Assembly (NCBI GenBank): GCA_000004985.1
Contig: GG739278.1
DNA from: Naegleria gruberi
Taxonomy: Eukaryota
Direction: 5' to 3' (one strand)
Length of the DNA: 2,202 nt
Shown here: positions 1 through 2,202 of the stretch, piece by piece
How positions within the stretch are numbered: the stretch's first letter is position 1
How the letters are laid out: each line of letters starts with the position of its first letter
Notes under the pieces: generated by a model
Database searches by the model: none
What the model was told of the DNA's origin: nothing
What the model saw: only the letters and a program-made list of their open reading frames with translations
Translations under genes and position numbers: made by a program

Positions 1-484
1 ATGCCAAAAGTATATAGCCAAACTTCTTGAAACATTAATAAACTGTTATTAGTATTATTGTAGATGGTACCATATCAAATATTTCGTTTTATTTCGATGA
101 GATCATAAAGATCTTAAATTTCTCTCAAAACATGCAAGTTCTCAGCCTAACCAGATGTTCACCAAGTCAAAACATCAAAATAATAAATTTCATTGTACTT
201 TTGTATCACACATTAATTTATTGTGTAAAATTCATTGAATTGGAGATTTTAATTTTTTAAAAACTAATCTGTGATTATTTACCAATTAAATATACTTCTT
301 TAATACTTGATAATTCATAAAATCCTAGTAGATATTGAATAGGTTCATAAAACAAGATATTACACATAACGGCTCTAAATTCATGCTAATAGAGCTTGTT
401 TAATGAGACTTATCATTTTAATGATAATTCCTACCTTAACAGATAAGTTTTGTCAAATTGGATTCTATTTGTGCAAGGTCTAAT

Positions 485-518
485 TCCATCCCTAATATAG
501 CAGACTTTTAGGGATGGA
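485..518. repeat. Perfect 11-bp inverted repeat (TCCATCCCTAA ... TTAGGGATGGA) flanking a 12-bp spacer (TATAGCAGACTT). It is a candidate recombinase core site or a palindromic telobox-like (ATCCCTAA/TTAGGGAT) regulatory element.
   Basis: Read directly. Positions 485-495 are the exact reverse complement of 508-518, and the flanking bases 484/519 do not extend the pairing. The repeat sits 105 bp upstream of the in-frame ATG at 623 and about 180 bp upstream of the open recombinase frame. Confidence 0.7.
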
Positions 519-724
519 TAATTTTAATAGAATCTATCCTAGAAGTATTTTTCGCCTGGAAGGTTCATACCAACGAATTTAACTGCCTGGGTCTTCATGC
601 GAGTTTTTATCGCGTATAACAGATGACCCTTATGCTATTGAGTATTATGCAGCTTATCTTACAATTCAAGGTCAAACATCTCGTGTTGAAGCCTTGAGAC
701 CATCCCTTCAATTTTGGGCCAATA

Positions 725-1429
725 TTGAGAGAAGAGTTTTTCCAATTTCATGGTCATGATAAGATTAAAAGAGGAATTACTCTTATTTGGTCCTTGATTG
801 ATAGAAAAGCTTTGAAACGTGATCCAATTTTCTATCATCATATTGAAGGTTTCATTCAGAGAAAAGATCATTATGATCCTTTCATTTTCAAACTCACTAG
901 TGCCATGTTAGTCATTGGTTTCAGACTTTTCGCTAGACCAGGTGAATTAGCTAGACTCAAGTGGGGTTATGTTACAAAGCTTAGAAATGGTAACATCAAA
1001 TTAGATCTCAGTGGTCACAAAACAGATTTCTTTCTACTAGAAAAGCCGATTACTATTGACAAGCATCTTGAAAATCCTTCAGTGTGTCCAGTGAAATTGC
1101 TTTTTGATTACATGAACACTGTACAGCATTTCAAAAAAGCAGATTCACCATTGTTTTCATTGCAGGACAATATTTTCTTCAACACTGAAGATGTTTCTCA
1201 ACTTATCAAGAATGCTATGTTCTCTGTTGATTCAGAAATCACTGTTTCTGGTCACAGTTTACGTATTGGTGCAACTACTGAGAGTATTATCAAGGGAATT
1301 CCTACTCAGGATATTATTATGGGGACTAGACATAAGGATGTGAAATCTTTACAACCTTATCAAAGACAAGAAGCTCTTGCCGCTCGCCACTTGTCTACTA
1401 CTCTCCTTTCTCGGGACAATATCCATTAG
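725..1429 (+). CDS. Tyrosine (site-specific) recombinase, Cre/XerD/phage-integrase-type catalytic domain with a complete R-K-HxxR-H-Y set. The frame is open from 698 and ends at TAG 1427..1429. Position 725 is a TTG and is only the track's nominal start. The first ATG in the open frame is at 905, and the ATG at 623 is in frame but separated by a TGA at 695.
   Basis: Direct translation gives DPFIFKLTSAMLVIGFRLFARPGELARLKWGYV, which aligns with Cre 'NLAFLGIAYNTLLRIAEIARIRVKDI' and XerD 'GLRVSEL' box I (R codon 935..937). 'SGHKTD' matches Cre 'IGRTKT' (K codon 1019..1021). 'SGHSLRIGATT' matches Cre 'SGHSARVGAAR', i.e. box II HxxR (H 1253, R 1262). 'GTRHKDVKSLQPY' carries the His (1331) and the Tyr nucleophile (1358) with the canonical 9-residue spacing. 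The 705-nt stop-free frame lies in roughly 65-70% AT DNA, and codon usage (AGA, GGT, TTG, CCA, no CTG) is consistent across the ORF. Confidence 0.85.
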   Translation: MREEFFQFHGHDKIKRGITLIWSLIDRKALKRDPIFYHHIEGFIQRKDHYDPFIFKLTSAMLVIGFRLFARPGELARLKWGYVTKLRNGNIKLDLSGHKTDFFLLEKPITIDKHLENPSVCPVKLLFDYMNTVQHFKKADSPLFSLQDNIFFNTEDVSQLIKNAMFSVDSEITVSGHSLRIGATTESIIKGIPTQDIIMGTRHKDVKSLQPYQRQEALAARHLSTTLLSRDNIH

Positions 1430-1656
1430 TTTATTTATTGTTGGTTTTCTTTTAAGAAACATGTTCTTATCGAAGTTTACTGAGATAAAGTAGTGTTTCT
1501 TGAAAACAACAATTGAATAAACTAATAATAGAAAGTATGCTCAAAAAAATTGTCATACTATGGTCCCACCCTTGCCCACCCTCTATTATTATTAGTTTAT
1601 TCACAGCATGTGTCGCCATCAAGTATTTAATTTTTGTCTTTTCGCAAAGGGTGCTG

Positions 1657-1765
1657 TATTTTAAAAAAATGATGCAACAACACGCACACAACATCCACCT
1701 CCCACAAACTACATCCCACAACATGACTTCAACACTAACAACAAACAAATAATCAAACATCAACA
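1657..1765 (+). promoter_or_regulatory. Putative promoter and 5' leader for the downstream gene. It has a TATA-like TATTTTAAAAAAA at 1657-1669, an A/C-rich pyrimidine-poor leader at 1675-1765, and an A at -3 in the 'caacaATGa' start context.
   Basis: The A/C-rich, G-poor tract 'caacaacacgcacacaacatccacctcccacaaactacatcccacaacatgacttcaacactaacaacaaacaaataatcaaacatcaaca' directly precedes ATG 1766. Such leaders are typical of expressed budding-yeast genes, and the TATA-like element is about 110 bp upstream of the ATG. Confidence 0.35.
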
Positions 1766-1850
1766 ATGAGCATTCCACATATGTTTAAATGGAATTGGAA
1801 GAAGTCTTCTGATATTACCGCTATCAAGAAGAAGAAACCAACAAAACGTG
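1766..1850 (+). CDS. Hypothetical protein, putative exon 1 (MSIPHMFKWNWKKSSDITAIKKKKPTKR + 1 nt). It is followed by a GTAGGT donor at 1851. Alternative reading: an unspliced 31-codon ORF 1766..1861 ending at TAG.
   Basis: ATG 1766 is in good context after the A/C-rich leader. The basic K-rich peptide is followed by GTAGGT. Splicing 1850 to 1943 keeps the reading frame open into the ORF at 1943+. Confidence 0.3.
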
Positions 1851-1942
1851 GTAGGTTGTAGTTTTGTATAATAATTAATTAAATAATTAATTAATCGGAT
1901 AAGTGAACATTGTTAACAACCAGAGAGATAATATAATTCTAG
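1851..1942 (+). other. Putative 92-nt intron (GTAGGT...TAG) containing a perfect tandem 12-mer.
   Basis: The donor GTAGGT is non-canonical for yeast, which is a weakness. The intron is very AT-rich and contains (ATAATTAATTAA)x2. Removing it preserves the reading frame. Confidence 0.25.
1871..1894. repeat. Perfect tandem duplication of the 12-mer ATAATTAATTAA (x2), internally palindromic (TTAATTAA).
   Basis: Read directly: 1871-1882 is identical to 1883-1894. Confidence 0.7.
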
Positions 1943-2077
1943 ATATGGATGACACTTTAAATACAATGCCAAACGAAGGAACTATTCAACATTGGCCACT
2001 TACTTCCAATCAAGCCTCCAATTTTTCATTACCAACCATTAATTTTGTACCATTGGAAGAACCAACACAAAATGAAA
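1943..2077 (+). CDS. Hypothetical protein, putative exon 2 (…D MDDTLNTMPNEGTIQHWPLTSNQASNFSLPTINFVPLEEPTQNE + 1 nt). It ends at a canonical yeast 5' splice site GTATGT (2078-2083), and the gene continues beyond the window.
   Basis: The tag|AT acceptor at 1940-1942 restores the frame from exon 1 (phase 1). Of the two AG candidates in the interval, 1923 and 1942, only 1942 is in phase. The open frame runs to the GTATGT donor, and a second donor-like GTAAGT lies at 2158-2163. The window ends in ...aatgtag, which is acceptor-like. Confidence 0.3.
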
Positions 2078-2170
2078 GTATGTTTCATAATACTTAATAT
2101 TTAAATATTTGAAAGCCTTTTCATATTTGGCTCTTCTTACACAACCCTCTCCTCCAAGTAAGTATTTCTT

Positions 2171-2198
2171 ATTTAAATTTAAATTTATAATTTATAAT
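2171..2198. repeat. AT-only low-complexity micro-tandem (ATTTAA x2 followed by TTTATAA x2) in putative intronic sequence.
   Basis: Read directly at the window end. Confidence 0.5.
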
Positions 2199-2202
2199 GT
2201 AG

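Noticed and set aside
1-30. ATG at position 1 opening a 9-codon ORF (MPKVYSQTS*)
   Set aside because: It is too short and has no support. It could equally be the tail of an upstream feature truncated by the window.
186-392. Recurring AATTCAT / TTCATAAAA words and small palindromes (gatcataaagatc at 100-112, acacattaat..ttattgtgt at 209-226)
   Set aside because: They are short, imperfect, and in very AT-rich sequence where such words recur by composition. They are mentioned only as possible motif seeds.
486-517. TTAGGG/CCCTAA as telomeric repeat
   Set aside because: There is only one copy in each orientation forming a palindrome, with no tandem array, so it is not a telomere or interstitial telomeric tract.
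659-871. 70-aa minus-strand ORF (MIFSLNETFNMMIENW...)
   Set aside because: It is antisense to, and fully nested in, the conserved recombinase region and the upstream open frames. It has no recognisable motifs. It is best explained as a shadow ORF.
623-1429. Non-standard genetic code (Euplotes TGA=Cys with a Tec-type recombinase ORF, or Mollicutes/mitochondrial TGA=Trp) to read through the TGA at 695
   Set aside because: The 234 downstream codons contain no other TGA, and Trp is TGG (788, 962). The A/C-rich leader, GTATGT/GTAAGT motifs and codon bias look like a budding-yeast nucleus. This is kept only as an alternative inside the N-terminus finding.
1516-1521. AATAAA as polyadenylation signal for the recombinase transcript
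   Set aside because: A single hexamer in 70% AT DNA is expected by chance. A 3'-end region here is plausible but not demonstrable.
1467-1778. 103-aa minus-strand ORF and 79-aa plus-strand ORF (1513..1752) over the intergenic region
   Set aside because: Both run through the A/C-rich low-complexity leader. The translations are Cys/Trp/Val-rich (minus) or His/Thr/Asn-rich (plus) and look like compositional artefacts. The plus ORF would only make sense as a uORF (ATGATG at 1669) and cannot be supported.
1-2202. LTR, DIRS or Ngaro retroelement context for the recombinase
   Set aside because: No reverse-transcriptase or RNase H coding capacity lies upstream or downstream within the window, and no long terminal or inverted repeats are visible. 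The upstream 620 bp has no long ORF in the standard code.

Overview
This is an AT-rich window with budding-yeast-like signals: an A/C-rich leader before an ATG, GTATGT/GTAAGT intron donors, and AGA/GGT/TTG/CCA codon preference. One strong feature is present. A + strand ORF (open 698..1429; the track starts it at TTG 725) encodes a complete Cre/XerD/lambda-Int-type tyrosine recombinase catalytic domain. Every catalytic residue can be read directly from the sequence. Box I Arg is in 'FARPGELARLKW' (R at 935). The beta-hairpin Lys is in 'SGHKTD' (K at 1019). H-x-x-R is 'GHSLRIG' (H at 1253, R at 1262). The second His is in 'GTRHKD' (1331), and the nucleophilic Tyr is nine residues later in 'LQPY' (1358). 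There is no reverse transcriptase, no CRISPR, no rRNA or tRNA, and no bacterial operon structure. That combination points to a Crypton-type DNA element or a domesticated recombinase in a yeast-like eukaryote, not a DIRS/Ngaro retroelement and not a prophage integrase. The 5' end of the gene is odd. There is no ATG between 698 and 905. An ATG at 623 sits in the same frame but is cut off by a single TGA at 695. Upstream of that, the three forward frames carry staggered, overlapping stop-free stretches that look like a frameshift-disrupted N-terminal domain. A perfect 11-bp inverted repeat with a 12-bp spacer (485..518, TCCATCCCTAA/TTAGGGATGGA) lies about 100 bp upstream. It could be a recombinase core site or a telobox (TTAGGG)-type regulatory palindrome. 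Downstream, an A/C-rich leader at 1675..1765 runs into an ATG at 1766. The sequence from 1766 to the window end looks like an intron-containing gene of unknown product, with exon 1 at 1766..1850, a 92-nt intron that preserves the reading frame, exon 2 at 1943..2077, and GTATGT and GTAAGT donors after that. The minus-strand ORFs in the track appear spurious.
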